A stretch of DNA of 64,000 bases from an uncultured virus (IMG/VR IMGVR_UViG_2721755796_000006) (IMGVR_UViG_2721755796_000006), one strand, 5' to 3'; counted from the stretch's first letter, positions 38,964 to 49,661 are shown. Numbers and translations are program-made. Notes: generated by a model not told the origin, from the sequence alone.

Positions 38964-40262
38964 ATGTTAGGAGGCGGAGGTTTTACAGCCCAGAATAAAG
39001 TACTTCCAGGGGCGTACATCAACTTTGTGAGCGCAGCCAGAATCGGGGCATTGCTTTCAGACCGTGGAACAGCGGCAATTCCGCTGGAATTTGGTTGGGG
39101 ACCGGAAAAGGAAGTGTTTATAGTGACGGCGCAGGACTACCAGGAGAGATGCCAGGAGATATTCGGCTATCCGGCGGATGCGCCGCAAATGTGGATGATA
39201 AGGGAACTGTTCAGGAATTTGACCAAGGGTATCTTTTACAGACTCAACACAGGCGCGAAGGCTGCCTGTGATTACGGGCAGGCAAGATACAGCGGTGTAC
39301 GTGGCAAGGACCTTACACTGGTCGTCAGTACCAATGTGGATAACGGCGATAAATTTGATGTGAGGACACTGCTTGGCAAGAAGGAAGTAGACCGTCAGAC
39401 CGTGAAGGCAGCTGCGGAGCTTATGGACAATCCGTATGTTGTGTTCAATAAGGAGGCGGTCCTTGCAAAAACGTCCGGAATGCCCTTTACGGGAGGGACT
39501 GACGGAGAGGCAGTGACCGGGGAGGATTATGCACAGTTCCTAGGCAAGATGGAGTCTCATACGTTCCAGATATTATGCTGCCCATCCAAGGATGATGCGG
39601 TTAAGGCCGTATTTGCAGAGTATACGAGGCGGATGCGTGACGAAGCCGGCGTGAAGTTCCAAACAGTGATGTACCGGAAGGCCGATACAGATTATGAGGG
39701 AATCATATCTGTGGAGAATAAGGCAACAGAGCAGGAGCAGGGGCTTGTGTATTGGACAACAGGGGTCCAGGCGGCTTGCGCGGTTAATAAGACCAACGAA
39801 AACCACGTGTATGATGGGGAGCTTACCGTAGATGTGGACTACACCCAGGGACAGCTGTCAGCGGGCGTACAGTCCGGAAAATTTATGTTCCACCGGGTGG
39901 GTGACGATGTGCGTGTTCTGATGGACATCAACACATTGACAACCTTCACGGAGGAAAAAGGCGAGGACTTTTCAAGCAATCAGACCGTGCGGGTTCTGGA
40001 CCAGATTGGCAATGATATCGCGTCTATGTTCAACACGAAGTATCTGGGCATCATGCCAAATGATGACGCGGGCCGGGTGAGCCTCTGGAATGACATCGTG
40101 ACCTACAACAAGGAGCTGGCAAGGATGCGGGCGATTGAGGATGTGGAGTCCAAAGAAATTACGGTAGAGCGCGGGAATAGCAAACGGTCTGTTGTGGTGA
40201 ATTGCCCGGTGACGCCGATTAACTGTATGTCGCAATTATATATGACAGTGGTGGTCAGCTGA
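38964..40262 (+). CDS. Tail sheath protein (XkdK-like)
   Basis: NKVLPGAYINF, WGP, DINTLT, RVLDQI. Confidence 0.93.
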   Translation: MLGGGGFTAQNKVLPGAYINFVSAARIGALLSDRGTAAIPLEFGWGPEKEVFIVTAQDYQERCQEIFGYPADAPQMWMIRELFRNLTKGIFYRLNTGAKAACDYGQARYSGVRGKDLTLVVSTNVDNGDKFDVRTLLGKKEVDRQTVKAAAELMDNPYVVFNKEAVLAKTSGMPFTGGTDGEAVTGEDYAQFLGKMESHTFQILCCPSKDDAVKAVFAEYTRRMRDEAGVKFQTVMYRKADTDYEGIISVENKATEQEQGLVYWTTGVQAACAVNKTNENHVYDGELTVDVDYTQGQLSAGVQSGKFMFHRVGDDVRVLMDINTLTTFTEEKGEDFSSNQTVRVLDQIGNDIASMFNTKYLGIMPNDDAGRVSLWNDIVTYNKELARMRAIEDVESKEITVERGNSKRSVVVNCPVTPINCMSQLYMTVVVS

Positions 40263-40279
40263 GAAAGGGGCATGGAGCA

Positions 40280-40579
40280 ATGATAGATTTGGTTGAATTG
40301 GCCAGTTCGATTGACCCTGAGTTGCCAGAAAAGAAGCAGAAGGAAGAATTCTGTGATTTGCTATTAGAAAAATTAAGGACCCTGAAAGGCATGGATTTGG
40401 CCCCATACCTTTCAGAATGTTTCTTTGATAAGCTGTGGCAGGTGCAAGTATTAACTTTTAGCTTCCCTATGGGAACGCATGTATTCGATTCCGGCGTCAG
40501 TAATATCAAAGGTGATGGGGTAACAGGGACAATACTGACATGTGAGGATATAACATTGTCAGAAACATTATCGATGTAG
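40280..40579 (+). CDS. Hypothetical protein between sheath and tube
   Basis: 99-aa ORF; resembles ORF 32277-32525. Confidence 0.6.
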   Translation: MIDLVELASSIDPELPEKKQKEEFCDLLLEKLRTLKGMDLAPYLSECFFDKLWQVQVLTFSFPMGTHVFDSGVSNIKGDGVTGTILTCEDITLSETLSM

Positions 40580-40652
40580 CCATCCTCATAAAGCTAAAGG
40601 CGATTGTACCATATGGAGGGGAAGATTACCAGATAAGAAAGGAGATACATAT

Positions 40653-41120
40653 ATGCAGTCAATGGACGCAAAAGATGCGGTAAGCGCATCCCTGGCGGAG
40701 TGCTTTGTCACGATTGAAGGGAACCGCTATAATTTCATGCAGGCTATCAACCTGGAGGCCAGTGTAGAAAAGACAAAGTCTGAGATACCGATACTGGGGA
40801 GGACCGGGAAAGGAAATAAGACGACCGGGTGGAAAGGGAGCGGGTCCGCGACCTTCCACTACAATACCAGCATCTTCAGGGAACAGTTGTACCGGTACAA
40901 GGAGACCGGCCAGGATGTGTATTTTGATATCCAGATAACCAACGAGGACCCGACCTCCAGTGTGGGGAGGCAGACCATTGTCCTGAAGGATTGTAATGTG
41001 GATGGTGGCATTTTGGCCAAGTTTGATGCGGATGCGGAGTATTTGGACGAGGACCTTGATTTTACCTTCGAGGATTGGGAGATGCCCGAACAGTTCAGAC
41101 ACCTGCAGGGAATGCAGTAA
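40653..41120 (+). CDS. Tail tube protein (XkdM-like)
   Basis: GWKGSGSATFHY, DPTSSVGRQ, FTFEDW. Confidence 0.92.
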   Translation: MQSMDAKDAVSASLAECFVTIEGNRYNFMQAINLEASVEKTKSEIPILGRTGKGNKTTGWKGSGSATFHYNTSIFREQLYRYKETGQDVYFDIQITNEDPTSSVGRQTIVLKDCNVDGGILAKFDADAEYLDEDLDFTFEDWEMPEQFRHLQGMQ

Positions 41121-41140
41121 GAAAGAGAGGATAAGAGGAT

Positions 41141-41569
41141 ATGGGAGATTTAAGTAGTTTTTTAGCACAGAACGCATTGAAGGCAGAAAATGAAATGTAT
41201 GTGGTTTCAAAGCGTTTCCTTGGAACCGATAGGAAACCGATGAAATGGGAGATACAGGCCATTACATCAACGGAGGATGAGACAATCAGAAAAGAATGCA
41301 CCAAGAGGGTTCCGGTGGTCGGAAAGAAAGGCCAGTTTACACAGGAGACGGATTACAATTTGTACCTTGGAAGGCTTGCATCCAGGTGCACAGTGTTCCC
41401 AAACCTAAATGATAAAGAGCTACAGGACTCGTATCATGTGATGGGAGCTGATGCACTTTTGAAGGCAATGCTGACTGCCGGCGAATATGCAAACTATTTA
41501 GAAAAGGTACAGGAAGTGAATGGGTTTGATGTATCAATGGACGAACTGGTGAATGAAGCAAAAAACTAA
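41141..41569 (+). CDS. Tail assembly chaperone (XkdN-like)
   Basis: FPNLNDKELQDSY...MLTAGEY; ends in A AAA AAC TAA. Confidence 0.88.
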   Translation: MGDLSSFLAQNALKAENEMYVVSKRFLGTDRKPMKWEIQAITSTEDETIRKECTKRVPVVGKKGQFTQETDYNLYLGRLASRCTVFPNLNDKELQDSYHVMGADALLKAMLTAGEYANYLEKVQEVNGFDVSMDELVNEAKN

Positions 41570-41751
41570 TTGATGGAGGCGATATGGAAGCAAATATCGC
41601 CTACTATTGTCTCCACAAATTACATCGATGGCCCCACGAATTCTTGGCACTTGACAGATATGAGAAGGCTATTGTGATTGCAGCCGTGGAAATGAAACTG
41701 GAAAAAGATAGGAAAGAGGCCCAGAAGTTAAAAAGGGGAAAGAAACGGTAG
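41560..41751 (+). other. -1 frameshift site and extension of the tail chaperone
   Basis: Slippery A AAA AAC at 41560-41566; -1 frame open to TAG 41751. Confidence 0.75.
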
Positions 41752-41798
41752 TTTTTTTTTCTTAATAGTATTTAAGATTCTGTGGGCCTCACAAAATA

Positions 41799-42893
41799 TT
41801 AGCCATGAAGAATATCGAATGTATGTTGCTGCATAGAAGTTAATAGCTTGCATTGCATCTCTTGCAATGTGGATAAGATTTCGGATTTTGAAATATGGCT
41901 GCTATCTGTTATACGCATAAAGAGATCTGCACTTTTGGAAATAGCAACTCCAAAAAATTCTCCAAGAATAACGCATGCCTTTAACTGAAGTTCATAAGGC
42001 TTTAAAACTTTAGGAATGAAGTCCGTGTCATGTTCAAGAAAATTTGTATAAAGCTGAAGCTTGAAGCTGGAAAGGCCTTTTTCATACTCTTGTTTCCAAT
42101 TCATTCCAATACCTCCTGGAATAGTTTTGTTCAGTTCATTTTCACAAACTAATTTATATGCCTCATTTATATTGTTTTTGAAAATACATTCCAAACAATG
42201 ATCCTCTAATTCAAGGTTCTTTGTCATTGATTTTGGTAAACCAGCTATGGCCTCTTTTCCTTTGCTGGTTAGCATATACCTCTTGTTTTTGTCGTTAAGA
42301 CTGGCAGAAAGCTGATCAATCGAAATATTTGTTTTTATACGTTGAATAAGTTCAGCTTTTTTACCTGAAACGCTAAGCCCGGATTGTTTTAAAATGGATT
42401 TGAGCTCAACGACGGTTAAATAGTCCAGATCCGCGAAAGAGTCAGATATTTGTAGGTAATTATTTACTAATAGTTTGGTCATGGTGGTTTCGAAATTCAA
42501 TGAATACTCGTAAACCCAGTAGGCGTATACAGTTGGATTTTCAATACTTTGTTCACTCATTTGTTTTAAAAAATACTTTTCTACAGAGGATAACGGGGAG
42601 GTATCCACTTTTTTAGTATTTAGCTCAAAGGGATTGAAATTGTGAACACGCTGCTGACGTTCATCGTATAATCGATTGGAGCGCTCTTGCGCTATACGGT
42701 CTAACTCGTCAATAGTAGCACTATTAGTCAACGCTGTTTCCTCAATGATTTGGTGTGTAATTTGTCGCTGGCTCAAGGAATTTTTACTTGTAAGGGGCGG
42801 ACTTTGTGGAATTGGTTCTGGGTCTACATAGTTAGGTGGAGAATCAAGTTCCTCTTTGTTTTTCCCCTTAAATAAGTTAAATAAGTTAAACAT
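41799..42893 (-). CDS. SAP-domain moron protein
   Basis: LTVVELKSILKQSGLSVSGKKAELIQRI; antisense, AT-rich, AAGGAGG RBS. Confidence 0.8.
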   Translation of the reverse strand: MFNLFNLFKGKNKEELDSPPNYVDPEPIPQSPPLTSKNSLSQRQITHQIIEETALTNSATIDELDRIAQERSNRLYDERQQRVHNFNPFELNTKKVDTSPLSSVEKYFLKQMSEQSIENPTVYAYWVYEYSLNFETTMTKLLVNNYLQISDSFADLDYLTVVELKSILKQSGLSVSGKKAELIQRIKTNISIDQLSASLNDKNKRYMLTSKGKEAIAGLPKSMTKNLELEDHCLECIFKNNINEAYKLVCENELNKTIPGGIGMNWKQEYEKGLSSFKLQLYTNFLEHDTDFIPKVLKPYELQLKACVILGEFFGVAISKSADLFMRITDSSHISKSEILSTLQEMQCKLLTSMQQHTFDILHG

Positions 42894-42913
42894 ATTTCGC
42901 ACCTCCTTAAACT

Positions 42914-42942
42914 ATTTTACAATGAGCAAACTGTAAAGGCAA
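42914..42942 (-). promoter_or_regulatory. Sigma-A promoter of the SAP moron
   Basis: TTGCCT-17 bp-TAAAAT on the minus strand. Confidence 0.6.
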
Positions 42943-43089
42943 GATAATCTAGTAAGAGTTTTTTTAACGCTTTAGTGACAAGGATAACGCGTTATGTTGA
43001 CATATAAGCTCAGCAGATTCAAAAAAATATTACCAGAACATCGTTCGTTGATAGGTGTTCTGTATATAGCAAGAAGGGAGAGTGATGAA

Positions 43090-45171
43090 ATGGCAACGAT
43101 ACAGTCATCCCTTAAACTCTATGACGGAATGACAGGCCCGCTACGCGCAATATCTAATGCCATGAACATAACCATCAGTACGTTTGAATCAATGCAGACG
43201 GCGTCCGAACACGCACTGGATGTGGCCGCTTTACAGAGCGCCCGCGAAGAACTCGCAAGAGTAAACGTGTCAGTTGACCAGATGGAGCGAAGTATACAGA
43301 TGGCAGGGCAGTCGCAGGATAAATTTAACAAGAAAATGCAGGACGGGAATGGCATTGCCAATGGGCTGGGGATGAAGATAAAACAATTCGTAGGGGCCTA
43401 CGCAGGTATTCAAGGGATTAGGATGGCGGTCAATTTTGTATCGGATACCATCTCACTGCAAAATGTCCAGAATGAGGCGGAAACAAAACTGGAGAGTATC
43501 ATGCGACAGCGTATGGGAGCCAGCCCTGCAGAGATACAGTCAGTAAAGGCGCTAACAGCAGCACAACAGGGACTGGGAGTGGTTGGGGACGAGGTACAGC
43601 TTTCAGGTGCCCAACAGTTGGCTACATTCCTTAGCTCCACGGATGCCTTAAACACACTGATACCTGCTATGAACAACCTGGCTGTGCAGCAGAATGGGGT
43701 AAACGTAAGCACCCAGGATGCAATTGGAATCGGTAACATGATGGGAAAGGTGATGCAGGGTCAGGTTAGTGCACTTACACGGGTAGGTGTTACGTTTGAT
43801 GCAGCACAGGAGAAAATATTAAAGTATGGAAATGAGCAGGAACGTGCGGCCACTCTTGCAGAGGTAATTACAAATAATGTAAGTAATATGAACGCTATCA
43901 TGGCAGCAACACCACAAGGTCAGATACAGCAAATGGCAAATACCTGGGGTGACATAAAAGAGACGGTTGGAGCAAAGTTATATCCTGCGGTTATGAGCTT
44001 TTTTACCGCACTCAATTCAAATATGCCGCAAGCAGAAAAGTTCCTAATGGGTATTGCAGGAGGTTTGAATGTTGTAATCACAGTTCTTAGCTGGCTGATT
44101 TCTGGTGCCGGTGCCGTGGTGGGGGTCTTTCAGGATAACTGGCCGGTAATTGAGCCAGTTATTTGGGGGATTATAGGAGCACTGATAGTATATAATGCGG
44201 TAATGGGGATAGGGTGGCTCACAACATTGAAGAATGCTGCCGCGCTCGCTTGGAAAACAATTTGTGATTGGGCGGAAACTGCGGCAATTATTGCGATGAT
44301 AGTAGCCCAAGATGGATTAAATGCAGCACTACTGGCCTGCCCCATTACCTGGATAATTATAGGAATCATTGCACTTATAGCCATTATTTATTCAGCAGTG
44401 GCAGCGGTAAACAAGTGGAAGGGCACGACCATAAGCGCAACGGGCATCATTGCAGGAACTTTCGCCGTCTTAGGAGCACATATTATCAATACGTTTATCA
44501 TACCAACCTGGAATATGATTGCAGCATTGGTGAATTTCTTCTATAACGTGTGGAATGACCCTGTGGCAGCGGTTAAGATACTGTTTCTTGATATGGCAAA
44601 CTCTGTGATAGGTTACATGTCCAATATGGCCCACGCCATTGAGGATATTATTAATAGGATTCCAGGCGTACATGTAGACATAACATCTGGTCTGGATAGT
44701 TTTAAGAGCAAGATAGAGGACACAGCAGCAAAAGTTAAATCAGAAGCAAAGTGGAAGGAAATCGTCAGCGCTAAAGACTTTATTGACTATGGAGATGCTG
44801 CAAAGGCAGGTTATAAGTTTGGACAGGGCATAGATTCCAGGGTAAGTGGCTTGTTTGATGGTTCTGGGGATTTCGGCATGGGAGGAGGTGCGCAAGGGGC
44901 ATGGGAAGGTATTAATGAGAATACTGGAAATACAGCAGGTAATACAGCAAAAATGGCTGATTCAATGGATGTGATGGATGAGGAGCTGAAATACATGCGT
45001 GACGCCGCCGAGCAGGAAATCATCAATCGGTTCACCCTGGCTGAACTCAAGGTGGATGTCAAAAACAATAACACCCTTACCAAAAAGACTGACTTTGATG
45101 ATATGGGAAGGGCCTTGGCGGCGTTTACGGGAGAGTTCCTGGCATCTGCCGCGGAAGGAGGGCATATCTGA
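43090..45171 (+). CDS. Tape measure protein
   Basis: MATIQSSLKL start, Ala/Gly-rich helical with hydrophobic stretch; position. Confidence 0.88.
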   Translation: MATIQSSLKLYDGMTGPLRAISNAMNITISTFESMQTASEHALDVAALQSAREELARVNVSVDQMERSIQMAGQSQDKFNKKMQDGNGIANGLGMKIKQFVGAYAGIQGIRMAVNFVSDTISLQNVQNEAETKLESIMRQRMGASPAEIQSVKALTAAQQGLGVVGDEVQLSGAQQLATFLSSTDALNTLIPAMNNLAVQQNGVNVSTQDAIGIGNMMGKVMQGQVSALTRVGVTFDAAQEKILKYGNEQERAATLAEVITNNVSNMNAIMAATPQGQIQQMANTWGDIKETVGAKLYPAVMSFFTALNSNMPQAEKFLMGIAGGLNVVITVLSWLISGAGAVVGVFQDNWPVIEPVIWGIIGALIVYNAVMGIGWLTTLKNAAALAWKTICDWAETAAIIAMIVAQDGLNAALLACPITWIIIGIIALIAIIYSAVAAVNKWKGTTISATGIIAGTFAVLGAHIINTFIIPTWNMIAALVNFFYNVWNDPVAAVKILFLDMANSVIGYMSNMAHAIEDIINRIPGVHVDITSGLDSFKSKIEDTAAKVKSEAKWKEIVSAKDFIDYGDAAKAGYKFGQGIDSRVSGLFDGSGDFGMGGGAQGAWEGINENTGNTAGNTAKMADSMDVMDEELKYMRDAAEQEIINRFTLAELKVDVKNNNTLTKKTDFDDMGRALAAFTGEFLASAAEGGHI

Positions 45172-45821
45172 TGGCATACGAGGTATATATAGACGACATG
45201 CTCCTTCCCATCCCGCCGCAGAAAATACCCATCAAGTATCCTGGTCAGAATGAGACTGCCACTCTGATTAATGGAGAGGAAATAAACATAACCCGTCCCC
45301 CGGGCCTGGCAGAAATCAGCATTGACGTGGTCCTGCCCCAGATGAACTATCCATGTGCCATGTGGGACGGAAGTGTGGAAGATGCGGAGGAGTTCATCAG
45401 CCGCTTACAGGACCTTAAGGAGAGCGGTGATACCTTTGAATTCATTGTCATCCGTGATTCTTTTGACACCAACATGGACGTGACCCTGGAGGACTACAAA
45501 GTGTCGGATGATGTGAAGGAGGGACTGGATTTGGTGGTATCCATCACCATGAAGGAGGCCAGGCATTATGGGACCAAAATCATGAATTTTGCCATAGTCC
45601 CAGAACAGCCGATACCGGCAGCGGCATCACCAGAACCGGAACGCCCGGCAGCGCGGCCACAAGTAAAAACACATACCGTAAAATCGGGTGACTGTCTGTG
45701 GAACATTGCAAAGAAGCAGCTGGGGGATGGAAGCCGGTGGAAGGAGATTCATGATTTAAACCGGGATAAAATTAGCAACCCCAACTTAATTCCCCCTGGT
45801 CTGGTGCTGGTGATGCCATAA
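45171..45821 (+). CDS. LysM-domain tail protein (XkdP-like)
   Basis: HTVKSGDCLWNIAK...NPNLI. Confidence 0.9.
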   Translation: MAYEVYIDDMLLPIPPQKIPIKYPGQNETATLINGEEINITRPPGLAEISIDVVLPQMNYPCAMWDGSVEDAEEFISRLQDLKESGDTFEFIVIRDSFDTNMDVTLEDYKVSDDVKEGLDLVVSITMKEARHYGTKIMNFAIVPEQPIPAAASPEPERPAARPQVKTHTVKSGDCLWNIAKKQLGDGSRWKEIHDLNRDKISNPNLIPPGLVLVMP

Positions 45822-45833
45822 GGAGGTGAGACA

Positions 45834-46793
45834 ATGAATGTGCATATATATATACAAAATGGACAGACCGTCTATGAGCCGGCGGTGAAAGGGAGCATAA
45901 CCTGGGAGACCCAACGCAGGGGGCAGCCGGGAAAATGCTCCTTCTCCATTCTATCAGATGGGAAATTGAAAATCGAAGAGGGGAACGCCGTCCGGTTGGA
46001 CGTGAATGGGAAACCGATGTTCTTTGGGTTTATCTTTGAACGGAATTGGAGTAAGGGAACGGAAATCAAGGTGATGGCATACGACCAGCTCCGTTACCTT
46101 AAGAATAAGGACAGCTACAACTATGAAAGCAAGACAGCAGGTGAGATCATCCAGATGATTGCTGGAGACTTCAATCTGCAGACAGGGACACTGGAGGATA
46201 CCGGCTACCCGATACCTTACCGTAATGAGCCGGATACGGCGCTGTTTGATATTATCCTGAATGCCCTGGACCTGACCATGATGGCCACAGGGAAGATGTT
46301 CGTGCTGTATGACGATGTCGGGAAACTAACTCTCAGGAATGTAGAGGATATGAAGCTCAATGTGATGATTGATGATGAAACGGCTCAGGACTATGACTTC
46401 ACGGTGAGTATTGATAAGGATACCTACAACCAAATCAAGCTTTTCCGCGATAACGATGATACAAATAAACGAGATGTTTTTATGACAAAACATACGGAAA
46501 ATATCAACAAGTGGGGCGTCTTGCAGATGAGCGAGTCCCTGGACAAGGGTGTGGACGGACAGAAGGTAGCGGAGACGTATCTGGGCCTGTACAACCGTCC
46601 ATCCAAAAGCCTTTCCATCAAGAAGGCGTTTGGGGATATCAAGGTACGGGCTGGATGCCTTATACCCGTGTTCTTGGATGTGAAGGACATGCAGCTCAGG
46701 AACTATCTGCTGGTGGAAACTGTCACGCATACGATAAACAAAGGTGTCCATACCATGGACCTAACATTGAAAGGGGCTGGAATAAGTGGATAA
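45834..46793 (+). CDS. Baseplate hub (XkdQ-like)
   Basis: FFGFIF, AYDQLRYL, YNQIKL, KWGVLQ. Confidence 0.85.
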   Translation: MNVHIYIQNGQTVYEPAVKGSITWETQRRGQPGKCSFSILSDGKLKIEEGNAVRLDVNGKPMFFGFIFERNWSKGTEIKVMAYDQLRYLKNKDSYNYESKTAGEIIQMIAGDFNLQTGTLEDTGYPIPYRNEPDTALFDIILNALDLTMMATGKMFVLYDDVGKLTLRNVEDMKLNVMIDDETAQDYDFTVSIDKDTYNQIKLFRDNDDTNKRDVFMTKHTENINKWGVLQMSESLDKGVDGQKVAETYLGLYNRPSKSLSIKKAFGDIKVRAGCLIPVFLDVKDMQLRNYLLVETVTHTINKGVHTMDLTLKGAGISG

Positions 46794-47097
46794 TGATTGG
46801 ATTGAGAACTTACGGAACATTTCACGGCAGGCAGAGGAGGCGGCAAAACCGTGCAACGTACTCACAGGGACTGTGACAGGGACGTCTCCGGTGGCAGTGC
46901 AGATAGATCAGAAAATAACCGTCACAGCCAGCCAGCTGCTCATACCGCGGTATCTGACGGACCATGTGGAACAGATGTCAATTCTGGGAGTGGGTGATGT
47001 TGCGGTCACGGTGAAGAATGCCCTGAAAGGCGGAGAGGCGGTTATATTGGTACAAAAACGAGGGGCGCAGCAGTATCTTGTGGTGGACCGGTATTGA
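46786..47097 (+). CDS. DUF2577 / XkdR-like protein
   Basis: GTVTGTSPV...LKGGEAVILVQKRGAQQYLVVD. Confidence 0.8.
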   Translation: MDNDWIENLRNISRQAEEAAKPCNVLTGTVTGTSPVAVQIDQKITVTASQLLIPRYLTDHVEQMSILGVGDVAVTVKNALKGGEAVILVQKRGAQQYLVVDRY

Positions 47098-47113
47098 TAA
47101 GGAGGTGTTTGAG

Positions 47114-47515
47114 ATGCTGCCGAAGACGGGAGACATTTTAAGAGCGGATTTTACTATCCGAAAACAGCCGTCAAAGACATATCGATTGAAGGATGGAAGG
47201 GTGATAGGGAATGTGGACGGGATAGAGGCCGTAAAGCAGTCCGTGTTCTGTATTCTGAATACAGAGCGGTTTGAACACATCGTTTACAGTTGGAACTATG
47301 GTAGGGAGTTCACAGACTTGTATGGCGGGTCAATGGGTGTGTTGGAGTCTAAGATTAAAAAGCGGATTAAGGAAGCACTGATGCAGGATGACCGGATCCG
47401 GAGCGTCGGGGCTTTTTCTTTTACACGAAATGGAAAGCAAGTTGTGGTAGCCTTTACCGTTTCCAGTGATGTGGGAGTGTTCGCAGCAGAAAAGGAGGTG
47501 GTTGTAAGTGTATGA
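47114..47515 (+). CDS. DUF2634 / XkdS-like wedge protein
   Basis: EAVKQ..LNTERF...YSWNYG; EALMQDDRI. Confidence 0.85.
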   Translation: MLPKTGDILRADFTIRKQPSKTYRLKDGRVIGNVDGIEAVKQSVFCILNTERFEHIVYSWNYGREFTDLYGGSMGVLESKIKKRIKEALMQDDRIRSVGAFSFTRNGKQVVVAFTVSSDVGVFAAEKEVVVSV

Positions 47516-48563
47516 AAACGTAACATATGAGGAAATCTTGAAGCGTATGTTGGACCGGGTTCCAAGTGATGTTGACAAACGGGAAGGGTCAATCATTTAT
47601 GATGCATTGGCTCCGTCTGCGGTGGAGATGCAACTAATGTACACAGAATTACATGCAGTTTTGAATGAATTGTTCGCGGATACGGCTAGCCGTGAGTTTT
47701 TAATCAAGCGAGCATCAGAGCGTGGCCTGCATCCGAAAGAGGCCACATATGCAGTACTTAAAGGTGAATTTGACACGGATATACCTATTGGCAGCCGTTT
47801 TTCGTTGGAGACGTTGAACTATGTGACAGTTGAACGTATTGCTCAAGGGCAGTATATAATGCAGTGTGAGACTATAGGTACAGCAGGGAACACGCTGTTT
47901 GGGCCGCTCATACCAATTGAGTATATCAGAGGGCTGTCACGGGCAGAACTGACAGAATTACTGATTCCAGGAGAGGACGAGGAGGGGACGGAACAGCTCC
48001 GGCACCGTTATTTTGACAGTCTGTATTCACAAGCTTTTGGTGGGAATATTGCGGATTACCGTGAAAAGGTGAATGGCATATCTGGTGTGGGAGGTGTCAA
48101 GGTATATCCGGCCTGGGATGGAGGAGGGACCGTGAAGCTGGTAATCATCAACTCGGAATATGGAATCCCGTCAAATGAACTAATCCAGGCAGTAAAGGAT
48201 GTGATTGACCCAGCTCCGGATACAGGGGCGGGATATGGCCTGGCACCCATTGGTCACACAGTTACCGTAGAGGGGGCAGCAGAAGAGAGGGTTTCCATCA
48301 TATCCACCATTGTCTATCAGGCGGGCTACAACTTTGAGAGGTGCAGAGAGGATATTTTTCAGGCAATTGATACATATCTTCATGAACTGAACATGGCATG
48401 GCAGGATGATGCTCAGACAGTTGTGAGGGTGTCACGAATTGAGGGACGCCTGTTGGACATCGAAGGTATTGTGGATGTTTATGATACAAAGATTAATGGA
48501 AGTCCCGGCAATCATGTACTCTCTTCCAGTTCAATCGCAGTAAGGGGGGATATAAGTGGATGA
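47508..48563 (+). CDS. Baseplate J (XkdT-like)
   Basis: DKREGSIIYDALAP, GGNIADY, APIGHTVTV. Confidence 0.92.
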   Translation: MYENVTYEEILKRMLDRVPSDVDKREGSIIYDALAPSAVEMQLMYTELHAVLNELFADTASREFLIKRASERGLHPKEATYAVLKGEFDTDIPIGSRFSLETLNYVTVERIAQGQYIMQCETIGTAGNTLFGPLIPIEYIRGLSRAELTELLIPGEDEEGTEQLRHRYFDSLYSQAFGGNIADYREKVNGISGVGGVKVYPAWDGGGTVKLVIINSEYGIPSNELIQAVKDVIDPAPDTGAGYGLAPIGHTVTVEGAAEERVSIISTIVYQAGYNFERCREDIFQAIDTYLHELNMAWQDDAQTVVRVSRIEGRLLDIEGIVDVYDTKINGSPGNHVLSSSSIAVRGDISG

Positions 48564-49644
48564 TAAGGGTGGGCAGTCAGGACGGGTACTGGATTTAGCC
48601 AGGTATGTCCCGGATTTCCTGCGGGAAGTAAAGGAATTCAGACAGCTATACGGGGCGCAGGAAGGTGAGTTGAGACGGCTGTATGGCAATGTGGATGCGC
48701 TGCGGAAGGACAGCCTGATTCCTGCTGCCACGATTCAGGGGATTAAACGCTATGAGTTGATGCTAGGACTAAAACCATATCCGGGAGACACACTGGAAGA
48801 ACGTAGAGCTGCAGTTGCGCTCAAATGGAACCAACAGCTTCCTTACACACTTCCCCGTCTAAAGGAACGCCTAGAGGTAATCGTGGGGAACGATGGGTAT
48901 GTCTTGTGGGTGAGAGGCAAGACATATGAGTTGGAGTTGTGGATTGTTGAGCAGCCGTGTCGTGTATTACAGGAACTTCGGGACATGACGCGTCAGATGA
49001 TACCGGCCAACCTGTTGTTCATTTTTGCTGGTCTGTACCCAATAGAGATACCGGCCAATACAGCCACATCAGGTAGGTTGGAACTGATTTCCGATTTCTA
49101 TGCCCGATATAACCGTGAGTTCTTGTACTTGGATGGAACCTGGGAATTGGACGGGACTTATTTACTCAATGGGTACAAGGCGGCAGGACTGGATCTGTAT
49201 CCCTTTGAGATGGTAATCAGGGATAGCCTCTCGGTAAGCAATGCAGTGGACGGCAGGGCAGTCGGTATGATATCAGAGGCATTCAAGGAAATGAAGGTCC
49301 ATCCTGTATTACGGCTACTGTCATCCATGTCGGCGAGGCTCAGAACGGATGTGCAGCAATGGCTTAAAGGCCACACGGCAGTCCCAATAGATGCAGGGGT
49401 GCGGACTGCCTGTCAGTCTGACGCTACGGCGTATCAAAAGACGAGGGAAGTGCTGACGCTACACGGTGACGGACAGGCAAATGCCTCCATATGTTCCGTG
49501 TCCGGTATAGTACAGCAGATATCTACCGGACCTGAGATGATTTGCAAGCTGACTGTCGAGAACGACCTATGGTATCTGGATGGGACTTACCTGCTGGACG
49601 GAACCAAGCTATTAGACGCAGAAATATTTGAATATGAATTATGA
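48556..49644 (+). CDS. XkdU/YmfQ-like baseplate protein with LDG-repeat extension
   Basis: TLEERR, IPANL; YLDGTWELDGTYLLNG and YLDGTYLLDGTKLLD. Confidence 0.75.
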   Translation: MDDKGGQSGRVLDLARYVPDFLREVKEFRQLYGAQEGELRRLYGNVDALRKDSLIPAATIQGIKRYELMLGLKPYPGDTLEERRAAVALKWNQQLPYTLPRLKERLEVIVGNDGYVLWVRGKTYELELWIVEQPCRVLQELRDMTRQMIPANLLFIFAGLYPIEIPANTATSGRLELISDFYARYNREFLYLDGTWELDGTYLLNGYKAAGLDLYPFEMVIRDSLSVSNAVDGRAVGMISEAFKEMKVHPVLRLLSSMSARLRTDVQQWLKGHTAVPIDAGVRTACQSDATAYQKTREVLTLHGDGQANASICSVSGIVQQISTGPEMICKLTVENDLWYLDGTYLLDGTKLLDAEIFEYEL

Positions 49645-49661
49645 AAGGATGGTAAGACAAT

